A DNA stretch of 64,000 nucleotides from Elusimicrobia bacterium RIFOXYA2_FULL_47_53 (GTDB lineage Bacteria; Elusimicrobiota; Endomicrobiia; Endomicrobiales; XYA2-FULL-47-53). Positions 8,671 to 16,970 of the stretch are shown here, piece after piece. The position numbers and the translations under genes were made by a program. The notes beneath the pieces were generated by a model. That model saw only the letters and a program-made list of their open reading frames with translations, did no database searches and was not told the DNA's origin. Positions within the stretch are counted from its first letter, which is position 1, and the number at the start of each line of letters is the position of its first letter. The stretch is from positions 30,641 to 94,640 of the forward strand of contig MGVE01000020.1 in NCBI GenBank assembly GCA_001800315.1. Reading direction: 5' to 3'.

Positions 8671-8868
8671 ATGATAAAACTAACTAAATTAAACGGCCAG
8701 GAAATCTATATTAACCCGGATCTTATGGGTAATATGGAGGCCCAGCCTCATACCATAATTCATATGACCACGGGCGAGAGAATAATAGTCAAGGAAGGCA
8801 CCGCTCAGGTCGCGGATTTAATAATCAGTTACAAAAGAAAAATATACCTGGAAAATAAAAGCGTTTAA
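8671..8868 (+). CDS. flbD: Flagellar protein FlbD
   Basis: MIKLTKLNGQEIYINPDLM...IIHMTTGERIIVKE matches the small FlbD family. Sits directly upstream of motA/motB as in other flbD-motAB operons. Confidence 0.8.
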   Translation: MIKLTKLNGQEIYINPDLMGNMEAQPHTIIHMTTGERIIVKEGTAQVADLIISYKRKIYLENKSV

Positions 8869-8914
8869 GCATACTGTTTGGGCGCTTAAGAGCCGCATTT
8901 AAGGGAGATTTTCA

Positions 8915-9721
8915 ATGGATTTAGCAACAATCTCGGGCATAATAGTCTTCCTCGGATTTGTATTTGTCTCAATTTTCGTTCAGGAGGGGCTCGGCGGGTT
9001 CGCGCCCTTTATCAATCTGGAAGCTTTCATGATTGTTATCGGAGGCACTTTTTGCGCTCTGCTGGTCAACTATCCCATGAGCCAGGTTTTAGGGCTGGGC
9101 AAGGTTATAAAAAAGGTAATGCTTACCCAGGGCGAAGATACCACCGAGATAGTCAGCACTTTCGTGGAGTTCACGAAAAAGTCCAGGACAGAAGGCCTGC
9201 TCGCGCTTGAAAATAATGTAAGAAATGTCAGAAACGACTTTATGAAACGAGGCGTCCAGCTGGTTATTGACGGCTTTGACTCCGAGTTTATCAGAAACAT
9301 GTTGGAGACCGAGATAGGCTTTATCCGCGAACGGCACAAAGTAGGCCAGGAAATATTCAACTCGCTCGGAACTTACGCGCCCGCCTTCGGTATTATCGGC
9401 ACGGTGCTCGGAATGATACTGCTTCTTAAGGGCGTTGATGATGTGGCGATGATCCCCAAGAGAATGGCGCTTGCTCTCGCGGCCGCGTTTTACGGCCTCT
9501 CGGCGGGATACCTTCTGTTTTACCCCATGGCGGGTAAACTGCGCCGCCGCTCGGAAGAAGAGCTTCTGGTAAAGGAAATTATTATCCGCGGCGTGCTGCT
9601 CCTGCAGTCCGGCGTCAGCCCAACGATAATGGAATCAAATTTGAAAGCGTACATAGAGCCGGCTCAGAGGCTCGCCATAAAAACCGCGGGGCCCGCCGCG
9701 AAAGCCGGACCCAGAACATAA
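8915..9721 (+). CDS. motA: Flagellar motor stator protein MotA/PomA family
   Basis: 4-TM MotA/TolQ/ExbB-type layout with a large cytoplasmic loop. C-terminal channel helices PAFGIIGTVLGMI ... ALAAAFYGLSAGYLLFYPMAGKL. Confidence 0.85.
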   Translation: MDLATISGIIVFLGFVFVSIFVQEGLGGFAPFINLEAFMIVIGGTFCALLVNYPMSQVLGLGKVIKKVMLTQGEDTTEIVSTFVEFTKKSRTEGLLALENNVRNVRNDFMKRGVQLVIDGFDSEFIRNMLETEIGFIRERHKVGQEIFNSLGTYAPAFGIIGTVLGMILLLKGVDDVAMIPKRMALALAAAFYGLSAGYLLFYPMAGKLRRRSEEELLVKEIIIRGVLLLQSGVSPTIMESNLKAYIEPAQRLAIKTAGPAAKAGPRT

Positions 9722-9748
9722 GCGGAAGTTGTTTGATACGGAGAAATA

Positions 9749-10390
9749 ATGGCTTCATCTTTCAGGCCGCCAAGAGGATATATTTCCGAGAGTGACCCGC
9801 GCGTTTCCCAGGTGGGACACGCGGCGCCGCCCTGGCTTATCAACTATGCCGACTTAATGACGGAACTGGCCTGCTTCTTTCTTATGATCTACGCGCTTTC
9901 AGCGGCGATGTCCGGCACTTTGCAGAAAGTCAGCCAGGAAGTCAAAGAAGCGATGAAAGAAGAGCAGATCGCGGGCCAGGTCAAGATGACCAAAGAGGGC
10001 CTGCAGATAACTTTTGAGGAAAAAGAAAGCGTTTCCTTATTTCTTTCGGGCAGCGCCGAACTGACGCCGACAATGAAAGAATATATTGATAAAATAGTCC
10101 CGCCCCTGCGCCAGGGAGTGGATGTAAAAAGCAATCTTCTGGTGATAGAAGGGCATACGGACAATGTGCCGATAGCTACAAGCAGGTACGCTTCAAACTG
10201 GGAACTTTCCACGGCCCGCGCCACTACGGTGGTGCGGTATCTGGTTGATATCCATAAATTCCCTCCTGACAAAGCCGCGGCCATAGGCTACGGCGAGTTT
10301 AAACCCATCGCTGCAAATGACGCCGACGCGAACAGGGCTAAAAACCGAAGGGTTGTGTTTCTTATCAAAGTTTCGCCTCAGGGAGCCTGA
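9749..10390 (+). CDS. motB: Flagellar motor stator protein MotB (OmpA-like C-terminal domain)
   Basis: N-terminal PPWLINYADLMTELACFF with the channel Asp (codon 9851-9853). C-terminal OmpA-like peptidoglycan-binding motifs (NWELSTARATTVVRYL, NRRVVFLI). Confidence 0.85.
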   Translation: MASSFRPPRGYISESDPRVSQVGHAAPPWLINYADLMTELACFFLMIYALSAAMSGTLQKVSQEVKEAMKEEQIAGQVKMTKEGLQITFEEKESVSLFLSGSAELTPTMKEYIDKIVPPLRQGVDVKSNLLVIEGHTDNVPIATSRYASNWELSTARATTVVRYLVDIHKFPPDKAAAIGYGEFKPIAANDADANRAKNRRVVFLIKVSPQGA

Positions 10391-10506
10391 AGTCCGGGTA
10401 GTTGAGGCCGGGGCTGAAAAAAGAAACGCGGTTCCTTCGCGGGTGTGTTTTGTTGACGCATAAAGCGGAAAAAAAGCTGTAAAAAATAGAAAAGGAGAAA
10501 AAGACA

Positions 10507-13260
10507 ATGGCAAAGAAGAATGTGTACTTTTTCGGCGGCGGAAAAGCCGACGGAAACGAATCAATGAAGAACCTGCTGGGCGGCAAAGGCGCCAACTTAG
10601 CGGAGATGGCCGGCCACAAAGCGTTGAAGCTTCCGGTTCCACCGGGTTTCACGATCACGACTGAGGTTTGCACCCATTATTACGCGAACAAACGGAGATA
10701 TCCCGCAACCCTCAAAGCCGAAGTTAACGCGGCTATGAAGAAAATAGAAGCCATTATGGGCAAAAAGTTCGGCGATGTAAAAGATCCGCTTCTTATGTCC
10801 GTTCGTTCGGGCGCCCGCAAATCCATGCCGGGAATGATGGACACGGTGCTTAATGTCGGTCTTAACGACGACACCATAAAAGGGCTTATTGAAAAAACCG
10901 GCAGCGAGCGTTTTGCTTACGACGCTTACCGCAGGCTTATAATGATGTATGCCGATGTCGTTATGGAAAAAGCCGAAGGCAGAGCTCCGGCGCGCGGCAA
11001 GGGCATCCGTAAACTGATGGACGAAAAACTCGTAGAACTTAAAAATAAAAAAGGCGTAAAGAGCGACACAGAGCTTACCGCGGAAGACCTCAAAGGCCTT
11101 GTAGCGGTATTTAAGGAAATGGTCAAAACCGAAATGGGCCAGCCATTCCCCGAGAAACCCGAAGATCAGCTCTGGGGCGGCATCGGAGCCGTGTTTATGT
11201 CCTGGAACGGCAAACGCGCCATAGAGTACCGCCGCATTGAAAGAATTCCCGACGAATGGGGAACCGCGGTGAATGTGCAGGCCATGGTGTTCGGCAATAT
11301 GGGCAACGATTGCGCGACCGGAGTCGCTTTCACAAGGAACCCCGGCAACGGCGAGAAGTACTTCTACGGCGAATACCTTGTCAACGCGCAGGGCGAAGAT
11401 GTGGTTGCCGGCATCCGCACGCCGTCTCCTATCAACGAGCAGTCAAAGAACGACCACTCAAGAAACCTTCCCACGCTTGAAAAAACAATGCCGCAGGTTT
11501 ACAAGGAACTCAATGATATCCAGAAACGCCTTGAGAACCACTACAAGGACATGCAGGACATAGAGTTCACCATAGAGAAAGGCAAACTATTCATGCTTCA
11601 GTGCCGTATCGGCAAACGCAACGGCACCGCGGCAGTGAAAATAGCGGCCGACATGTACAAGGAAAAATTTATTGACGCGAAAACAGCCATTATGCGCGTT
11701 AACCCGCAGCAGCTCGTTGAGCTTCTGCTCCCGATGATAGAGCCGAAATTTGAAGCCACAAGCAAAGTCATAGCCAAAGGGCTTCCCGCGGGCCCCGGCG
11801 GAGCGGTAGGCAGAGTGGTCTTTACATCGCACGAAGCGGTACAATGGGGAGAAAGAGGCGAGAAAGTTATTCTTGTCCGCGAAGAAACATCCCCTGAAGA
11901 TGTTGACGGAATGCATAAATCCCAGGCTATACTTACCTCCAAGGGCGGCATGACCTCGCACGCGGCGCTTGTAGCGCGCGGCTGGGGAAAATGCTGCATA
12001 GTCGGATGCGAAGGGCTTGAAATAGCCGACGACGAAAAGAGCTTCACGACAAAGTCGGGCGTAACCGTAAAAGAAGGCGACTGGATAACGCTGAACGGAA
12101 CCAAAGGTACCGTTTATGCCGGTAAGCTTGAACTTATGGACCCGAACCTGGAGCACAATACATCATACACCGAGCTTATGAAGCTCGTTGACAAAACGCG
12201 CACCTTAAAGGTCCGCACCAACGCCGACACTCCCAAAGATACGCAGAAAGCAATAGATTTCGGCGCCGAAGGCATCGGCCTTTTCCGCATAGAACATATG
12301 TTCTACGGCGAAGGATCGGACAAGCCGCTGTTCCTGCTGCGTAAAATGATAATGTCAAAAACTCTTGAAGAGCGCAAAGCCGCCCTCAAAGAGTTGTCAG
12401 TATTCGTCAAGTCGGATGTCAAGGCGACCATGGAAGTTCTTAACGGCTTCCCGCTTACCATCAGGCTTATAGATCCCCCGCTTCACGAGTTCGTGCCGCA
12501 CTCGGCCGACAAAGTAGCCGACATGGCAAAAGAACTCGGCATAAGCGTTGAAGACGCGAAAAGGCGCGGAGAAGCGCTTAAGGAAAACAATCCGATGCTT
12601 GGCCATCGCGGCGTCCGCCTCGGCGTCACCTATCCCGAAGTAACCGAGATGCAGGTGCGCGCGATACTGGAAGCGGCCGGCGAGCTCATTAAATCGGGCA
12701 AAAAAGCGGTTCCCGAAATAATGATACCGGTCACCTGCTCGGTAAACGAACTCAACGACCAGAAAGTATTGGTTGATGCCATCCTCGCGGATGTCCAGAA
12801 GTCGCTTGGCGTCAAGATACCGATGTCCTACGGCACCATGATAGAAATTCCGCGCGCGGCTCTGCTTGCCGATAAAATGGCGGAAACCGCTCAGTTCTTC
12901 TCGTTCGGCACCAACGACCTTACGCAGATGACCTTCGGTTTCTCAAGAGACGATATAGGCGGTTTCCTTCCTTCATATCTTGAAAGAAAGATATTGCCCT
13001 ACGACCCGTTCCAGACCGTTGATTTTGACGGCGTCGGCCAGCTGATGCAGTATGGAATTGAGCGCGGCAGAAAGACGAAAAAGGACCTTAAGATCGGAAT
13101 CTGCGGCGAACACGGCGGCGATCCGGCTTCGGTGGAGTTCTGCCACAACATCGGCATGAACTATGTCTCCTGCTCGCCGTTCCGCGTGCCCATAGCTCGC
13201 CTTGCGGCGGCTCAGGCGGCGCTTAAATACGGCGCAGGCAAAAAAGCAAAAAAGAAATAA
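10507..13260 (+). CDS. ppdK: Pyruvate, phosphate dikinase
   Basis: 917 aa. N-terminal ATP-grasp (GGKGANLAEM), phospho-His swivel motif GGMTSHAALVARGWGKCCIVG, C-terminal PEP-utilizer barrel (FFSFGTNDLTQMTFG, GICGEHGGDP). Strong RBS aaaaggag. Confidence 0.95.
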   Translation: MAKKNVYFFGGGKADGNESMKNLLGGKGANLAEMAGHKALKLPVPPGFTITTEVCTHYYANKRRYPATLKAEVNAAMKKIEAIMGKKFGDVKDPLLMSVRSGARKSMPGMMDTVLNVGLNDDTIKGLIEKTGSERFAYDAYRRLIMMYADVVMEKAEGRAPARGKGIRKLMDEKLVELKNKKGVKSDTELTAEDLKGLVAVFKEMVKTEMGQPFPEKPEDQLWGGIGAVFMSWNGKRAIEYRRIERIPDEWGTAVNVQAMVFGNMGNDCATGVAFTRNPGNGEKYFYGEYLVNAQGEDVVAGIRTPSPINEQSKNDHSRNLPTLEKTMPQVYKELNDIQKRLENHYKDMQDIEFTIEKGKLFMLQCRIGKRNGTAAVKIAADMYKEKFIDAKTAIMRVNPQQLVELLLPMIEPKFEATSKVIAKGLPAGPGGAVGRVVFTSHEAVQWGERGEKVILVREETSPEDVDGMHKSQAILTSKGGMTSHAALVARGWGKCCIVGCEGLEIADDEKSFTTKSGVTVKEGDWITLNGTKGTVYAGKLELMDPNLEHNTSYTELMKLVDKTRTLKVRTNADTPKDTQKAIDFGAEGIGLFRIEHMFYGEGSDKPLFLLRKMIMSKTLEERKAALKELSVFVKSDVKATMEVLNGFPLTIRLIDPPLHEFVPHSADKVADMAKELGISVEDAKRRGEALKENNPMLGHRGVRLGVTYPEVTEMQVRAILEAAGELIKSGKKAVPEIMIPVTCSVNELNDQKVLVDAILADVQKSLGVKIPMSYGTMIEIPRAALLADKMAETAQFFSFGTNDLTQMTFGFSRDDIGGFLPSYLERKILPYDPFQTVDFDGVGQLMQYGIERGRKTKKDLKIGICGEHGGDPASVEFCHNIGMNYVSCSPFRVPIARLAAAQAALKYGAGKKAKKK

Positions 13261-14060
13261 GAACAGATGTTGTCTTTGTAGCTGCCGAGCTTGCTCGGCT
13301 GATGTTGAACTTGCCGTCATTCCCGAGGTAGTAGTCGGGAATCCAGAATATAAAGAATGGCCCCTTGGGATTGTGGAAACCAGGGGGCCTTTTCTTTTCC
13401 GCATCTGGCAAAACAGACCATCCTGTCGCCTCTGTGCCGTCATCCTGAGCGCAGCGAAGGATCTTGCAGTTGCCGTCATTCCGGAATTGTTCTGTCCGGA
13501 ATCCATTAGCGCAAACGCTCGGAATCTGTTTTCCTGCCGGACGGCGTTGTTCGCGGGGCTTTGCCCCAGCACCCCGTTTTAACTTTCTTTGGATGTGCAA
13601 AGAAAGTTATAAAGAAACACACCCCGCGGACTATTTGCCTCATATTTTTTGGAAGCTGTGGAACTCGCCCGTCGGCTTCGCCAGGACGGGCTCAAACAGT
13701 CCTCGCTTAATTCCCAAAAAATAATCGGCGCATAAACAGTCCGAAAGGGGGTGAAAAACGCTTTACCCCCTCGCAATGAAACACAAAAAAACGCAATATG
13801 CCCCCGCCGTCATTCCTGCAGAAGCAGGAATCCAGAGGCGTGTCGTTTCTGTGCCGTCATCCTTTCATCTTTTGTAGCCGCCGAGCTTGCTCGGCTGACA
13901 TTGCCCTTGCCGTCATCCTGAGTCGGCTGCAACAGACGAAGGATCTCGCAGTTGCCGGGTCCATGTTTGTTTTTGCCGTCATTGCGAGTTGAGCGAAGCA
14001 ATCTCCAAGTTAACACTCGCAATATGTTTCTTTGTCGTAGAGGTGCCCCTTATCCCTTAC
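13261..14060. repeat. Non-coding hub packed with REP-like hairpin units (CCGTCAT leader family and others)
   Basis: Units start at about 13313, 13437, 13473, 13807, 13851 (truncated), 13909 and 13976. Each is ccgtcat(t/c) followed by a hairpin whose arms differ but stay complementary (attcccga/tcgggaat; attcctgc/gcaggaat; attccgga/tccggaat; atcct/aggat; attgc/gcaat). Also gccgagcttgctcggc hairpins at 13284 and 13880. Confidence 0.8.
13472..13790 (+). repeat. Composite element copy (C-unit plus palindromic head plus diverged A-type body, copy A3)
   Basis: 13472-13580 aligns with 29458-29567 (gccgtcattcc...cgcaaacgctcggaat.tgttttcctgcc...cgcggggcttt...cagcaccccgttttaactttctttgg). The body keeps TCAAACAG, CCAAAAAA and GGGGTG landmarks but has a different hairpin (gcccgtc/gacgggc, 13667-13691). 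Confidence 0.65.
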
Positions 14061-14097
14061 CGCTTACCCCTGCTCAATTCATTTGTTTCGCACCTCG

Positions 14098-14126
14098 TTG
14101 ACAACGCTTTTTAACCTTGTTATAAT
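14098..14126 (+). promoter_or_regulatory. Consensus sigma70 promoter upstream of the RAYT gene
   Basis: TTGACA (14098-14103), exact 17-nt spacer, TATAAT (14121-14126), with TGn extended -10 (tgttataat). Confidence 0.55.
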
Positions 14127-14186
14127 CCGCTTAGTTGCACACCTATCTCAATGGGCGGGGTAGCGGGGGAAATACATATCTTTAGG
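14117..14186 (+). repeat. 70-nt module R1 (promoter/5' leader-like), direct repeat of 14915-14984
   Basis: ttgttataatccgcttagttgcacacctatctcaatgggcggggtagcggggg... is near-identical to R2, with a few substitutions and indels. A truncated third copy lies at 15340-15375. Confidence 0.8.
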
Positions 14187-14197
14187 CGAACATAAGT

Positions 14198-14213
14198 GGG
14201 GACGGTTCTATTT
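14198..14213 (+). repeat. Left arm of perfect 16-bp inverted repeat bracketing the RAYT gene
   Basis: GGGGACGGTTCTATTT is the exact reverse complement of AAATAGAACCGTCCCC at 14892-14907. Confidence 0.85.
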
Positions 14214-14234
14214 AATTAAAATTATGGGGGGGAT

Positions 14235-14897
14235 ATGCCGCGTGGCGCAAGGATATTGCCTGAAATCGGAGTGCTTCACATTATAACTCGCGGGAATAAC
14301 AGGCAGAAAGTATTTAAAGATGATGCTGATTATAAAAAGTATCTTTGGTTGTTAGGGCTTTATAAGGAAGAACATGGTTTCAAATTGTACCACTATTGCC
14401 TTATGAGCAATCATGTCCACCTTATTATTGAGACCTCTCGGAAAACCAATCTTCCGAAAATGATGAAGCAGATTAATTTATCTTACATGCATCACTTCAG
14501 AAAGAAATATAAATACTTCGGGCATTTTTGGCAAGATAGATATAAAAGTTTATTGATCGAAAAAGACAGCTATCTTCTATCATGTGGAAAATATATTGAA
14601 CTTAACCCTGTGCGTGCAAGGATTGTTTCGAGGCCCGATGAATACCGGTGGCACAGCTATAATGTATATTCCGGAATGGGAGAAGATAAACTAATTGCTT
14701 TTGATCCGGTATACGAGAGCTTGGGAAAGACGCAAAATGAACGAGCTGAAAAATACAAAGAATTGACTTGTGAGAATATAAATTTAAATAGCCGTTTCAT
14801 AGGTAGCGAATCGTTTGTAAAAGATCAGGAAGAAAAGTTTGGTGTAAGGAATATTGGGGTCAGGAAAGGAAGACCATCCAAAGTTAAAAATAAATAG
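14235..14897 (+). CDS. REP-associated tyrosine transposase (RAYT) / IS200-like Y1 HUH transposase
   Basis: HUH motif (SNHVHLIIE), catalytic-Tyr helix (GKYIELNPVRARIV), N-terminal HIITRGNNRQKVF, FWQDRY. About 220 aa, typical of COG1943-type RAYTs. Confidence 0.85.
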   Translation: MPRGARILPEIGVLHIITRGNNRQKVFKDDADYKKYLWLLGLYKEEHGFKLYHYCLMSNHVHLIIETSRKTNLPKMMKQINLSYMHHFRKKYKYFGHFWQDRYKSLLIEKDSYLLSCGKYIELNPVRARIVSRPDEYRWHSYNVYSGMGEDKLIAFDPVYESLGKTQNERAEKYKELTCENINLNSRFIGSESFVKDQEEKFGVRNIGVRKGRPSKVKNK

Positions 14898-14907
14898 AAC
14901 CGTCCCC
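14892..14907 (+). repeat. Right arm of the 16-bp inverted repeat (overlaps the RAYT stop codon)
   Basis: AAATAGAACCGTCCCC. The stop TAG at 14895-14897 lies inside the arm. Confidence 0.85.
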
Positions 14908-14914
14908 TTTAATA

Positions 14915-14984
14915 TTGTTATAATCCGCTTAGTTGCACACCTATCTCAATCGGCGGGGAGCGGGGAAAACACATATCTATAAGG
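14915..14984 (+). repeat. 70-nt module R2
   Basis: ttgttataatccgcttagttgcacacctatctcaatcggcggggagcggggaaaacacatatctataagg, ending 8 nt before the ATG of the next ORF (RBS aaggggg). Confidence 0.8.
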
Positions 14985-14991
14985 GGGTATC

Positions 14992-15315
14992 ATGTCACAG
15001 CTTGTATTGTCAAATGGTTTCTGGGTATTTGCATGCGGTGTAAGCGCGATATGGGCAGCGTATGGCGGATTTTGTGAATATGAAGAGAAAAAAGAACATG
15101 AAGTTAATATTTGTCCACATGTCTTTGTCGCAATAGTATCAGAATTGCTCGGAGCTTTCGCGGGATTTTGTTGTGTTAGAATATTGGCAAGAAGACTAAT
15201 GATTACTGGTTTATCATTTGGAGTATTTGAAGTTGCTTTGCTAATAGGAGCATTTGTCGGAATAACCGGATATACATACAAAATAGGTGAAATAATAGAA
15301 AAGTACGCAGAGTAA
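14992..15315 (+). CDS. Small hydrophobic protein (about 3 TM), unknown function
   Basis: 107-aa ORF with an RBS. Hydrophobic segments FWVFACGVSAIWAAYGGF, VFVAIVSELLGAFAGFCCV, LSFGVFEVALLIGAFVGI. AT-rich codon usage like the island. Confidence 0.5.
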   Translation: MSQLVLSNGFWVFACGVSAIWAAYGGFCEYEEKKEHEVNICPHVFVAIVSELLGAFAGFCCVRILARRLMITGLSFGVFEVALLIGAFVGITGYTYKIGEIIEKYAE

Positions 15316-15339
15316 ACGCAAAGAACCCACAATGTAAGC

Positions 15340-15375
15340 GCACACCTATCTCAATGGGCGGGTAAGCGGGGAAAA
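15340..15375 (+). repeat. Truncated module R3
   Basis: gcacacctatctcaatgggcgggtaagcggggaaaa matches the core of R1/R2. Confidence 0.7.
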
Positions 15376-15658
15376 TAATTATAATTAAGTTAATAAATTC
15401 TGCATATTGCATGTTACAATAAACAAAAAAACTGTTCTAATAGTTTGTTAAGTTAGTGAAGCCTGACACCATTTACAAGCGCACTCCCTCATACCGCATT
15501 AAAGTCGCTCAAAGCAAATTCCTGAACGCTTTGGCATGAAGATGCACTAATCATTAAAACATTTATTAGATTTGCTATGTCCATTTTAGTTGCCAAACCT
15601 TCCAACTAGGCGGTGAATTAAAATACAAAAAATAAAGTTACTAAAGTAAAAATAAATG

Positions 15659-15696
15659 TTGACAAAACGATACATTTATAATATGATAAATGTATC
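15659..15696 (+). promoter_or_regulatory. Promoter with overlapping palindromic operator for the cassette genes
   Basis: TTGACA (15659-15664), 17 nt, TATGAT (15682-15687). Inverted repeat gatacatttat (15669-15679) / ataaatgtatc (15686-15696). A third GATACA half-site lies downstream (atgatacac). Confidence 0.5.
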
Positions 15697-15743
15697 ATTT
15701 ATAACTATAATGATACACTAAATGAATTAAAGGAGAATGTGTT

Positions 15744-16241
15744 ATGCAATTTGAACCAGAGTTGAATGCCATGAACGACATTTTGAAGGCTTTAAAGGAA
15801 CTTGAGCCCGAGGCTCAAGAAAGAGTTGTTAATTGGGTGACTGGAAAACTTAATTTGCCTAAGGCCTCGGCTATTTTAAATAAGGGGCAAAAACCGAAAG
15901 AAAATATTATTGAAGACAATATTAACAATAATACCCTTGCGGAGGTATTTGCAGCAACAAATCCAAATAGTGACTCGGACAAAGTGCTTGTGGTTGCCAC
16001 TTATATTCAAAATAGGGATAGTAAAGATGAGTTAACAGGGCGTGAAATCAATAAAGAGTTGGTACATCTTGGACATGGGGTAGGGAATATTACAAATGCA
16101 ATATCAGGATTAATGAATAGAACTCCAAAACTTATGATACAAACACGTAAAGATGGCAGTACTAAACAAGCACAGAAAAAGTACAAAGTTACAATAGAGG
16201 GTTTAAATGCTTATAAAAAGATGTTCGGGAAGGCTGAATAA
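15744..16241 (+). CDS. Hypothetical protein with C-terminal winged-helix-like module
   Basis: 165 aa. N-terminal helix, Asn-rich linker, then DKVLVVATYIQ...LTGREINKEL...NITNAISGL...KKYKVTIEGLNAYKKMF (wHTH-like pattern). RBS aaaggag. Confidence 0.55.
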   Translation: MQFEPELNAMNDILKALKELEPEAQERVVNWVTGKLNLPKASAILNKGQKPKENIIEDNINNNTLAEVFAATNPNSDSDKVLVVATYIQNRDSKDELTGREINKELVHLGHGVGNITNAISGLMNRTPKLMIQTRKDGSTKQAQKKYKVTIEGLNAYKKMFGKAE

Positions 16242-16274
16242 TAAGATTAAAAACAATATATTTTGGAGTAAATT

Positions 16275-16970
16275 ATGATTCCGATGGAAAAATTAAGTGA
16301 CTATGTTCATAAGAGTTCTCTATCTCAATTAGATAAATTACTTCTTATTTTAGCTGTTGAGCATACAAAACCAAAGCAGATTGGCGAGATAAGGAACATT
16401 GGGCGAAACGCAGGGCTTGTTAAAATATACAAGTGGAATATTCCCGATGCCCTTACAAAATCACGAGACAAAGCGATCCACCTGCCTAAGGGTTGGATCA
16501 TCAAAGGTCCAGGAAAAGACAGAGTACGAAATATCATAAATGTTTTGGAAATTCCCAAGACAGAGGAAACCCTTATTGGTACATATGTAGATAAAAAAAG
16601 AATTGTCGAATTAAAAAATATTAAATGCCATTACGATTTGACTAGATTAGTTCAAATGCTTTACGAGTTAGATGATGCTTCTAGTCGTAATAATTATATT
16701 TCAGTTATTATGTTAGTAAGAGCAATATTAGATCACGTGCCTCCATTATTTGGCAATAAAAATTTCCTTGAATTTGCAAATAACTATAATGGTGGAAGGA
16801 GCTTTAAGGAATCGATGGTAAGGTTGCAAGAGTCATGTCGTAAAATTGCAGACAGTTATCTGCATGGACAGATTAGAACGAAGGAAAGTTTGCCTAATAG
16901 AATACAAATAAATTTTTCAAATGATATTGATTTGCTATTATCAGAAATAATAAGAATAAATAGTCAATAG
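16275..16970 (+). CDS. Hypothetical protein: N-terminal wHTH paralogous to the upstream ORF plus helical C-terminal domain
   Basis: 231 aa. DKLLLILAVEH...IGEIRNIGRNAG resembles DKVLVVATYIQ...LTGREINKEL of ORF 15744. The C-terminus is helical (YISVIMLVRAILDHVPPLFG ... LQESCRKIADSYLHGQIR). I recognise no family. Confidence 0.55.
   Translation: MIPMEKLSDYVHKSSLSQLDKLLLILAVEHTKPKQIGEIRNIGRNAGLVKIYKWNIPDALTKSRDKAIHLPKGWIIKGPGKDRVRNIINVLEIPKTEETLIGTYVDKKRIVELKNIKCHYDLTRLVQMLYELDDASSRNNYISVIMLVRAILDHVPPLFGNKNFLEFANNYNGGRSFKESMVRLQESCRKIADSYLHGQIRTKESLPNRIQINFSNDIDLLLSEIIRINSQ

Noticed and set aside
13202-14022. Tracked ORFs across the repeat hub (13202..13582, 13223..13600, 13464..13724, 13579..13776, 13798..13992, 13810..14022). 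The same applies to tracked ORFs at 29359-29831 and 62707-63115.
   Set aside because: They are translations of palindromic REP/MITE-like repeats and are open on both strands. They have no RBS, and their low-complexity peptides are typical of repeat-derived pseudo-ORFs.
13261-14060. Possible CRISPR array, because of many short repeated hairpins.
   Set aside because: Units belong to several different families, are irregularly spaced and oriented, have no uniform repeat-spacer periodicity, and no cas genes are present in the window.
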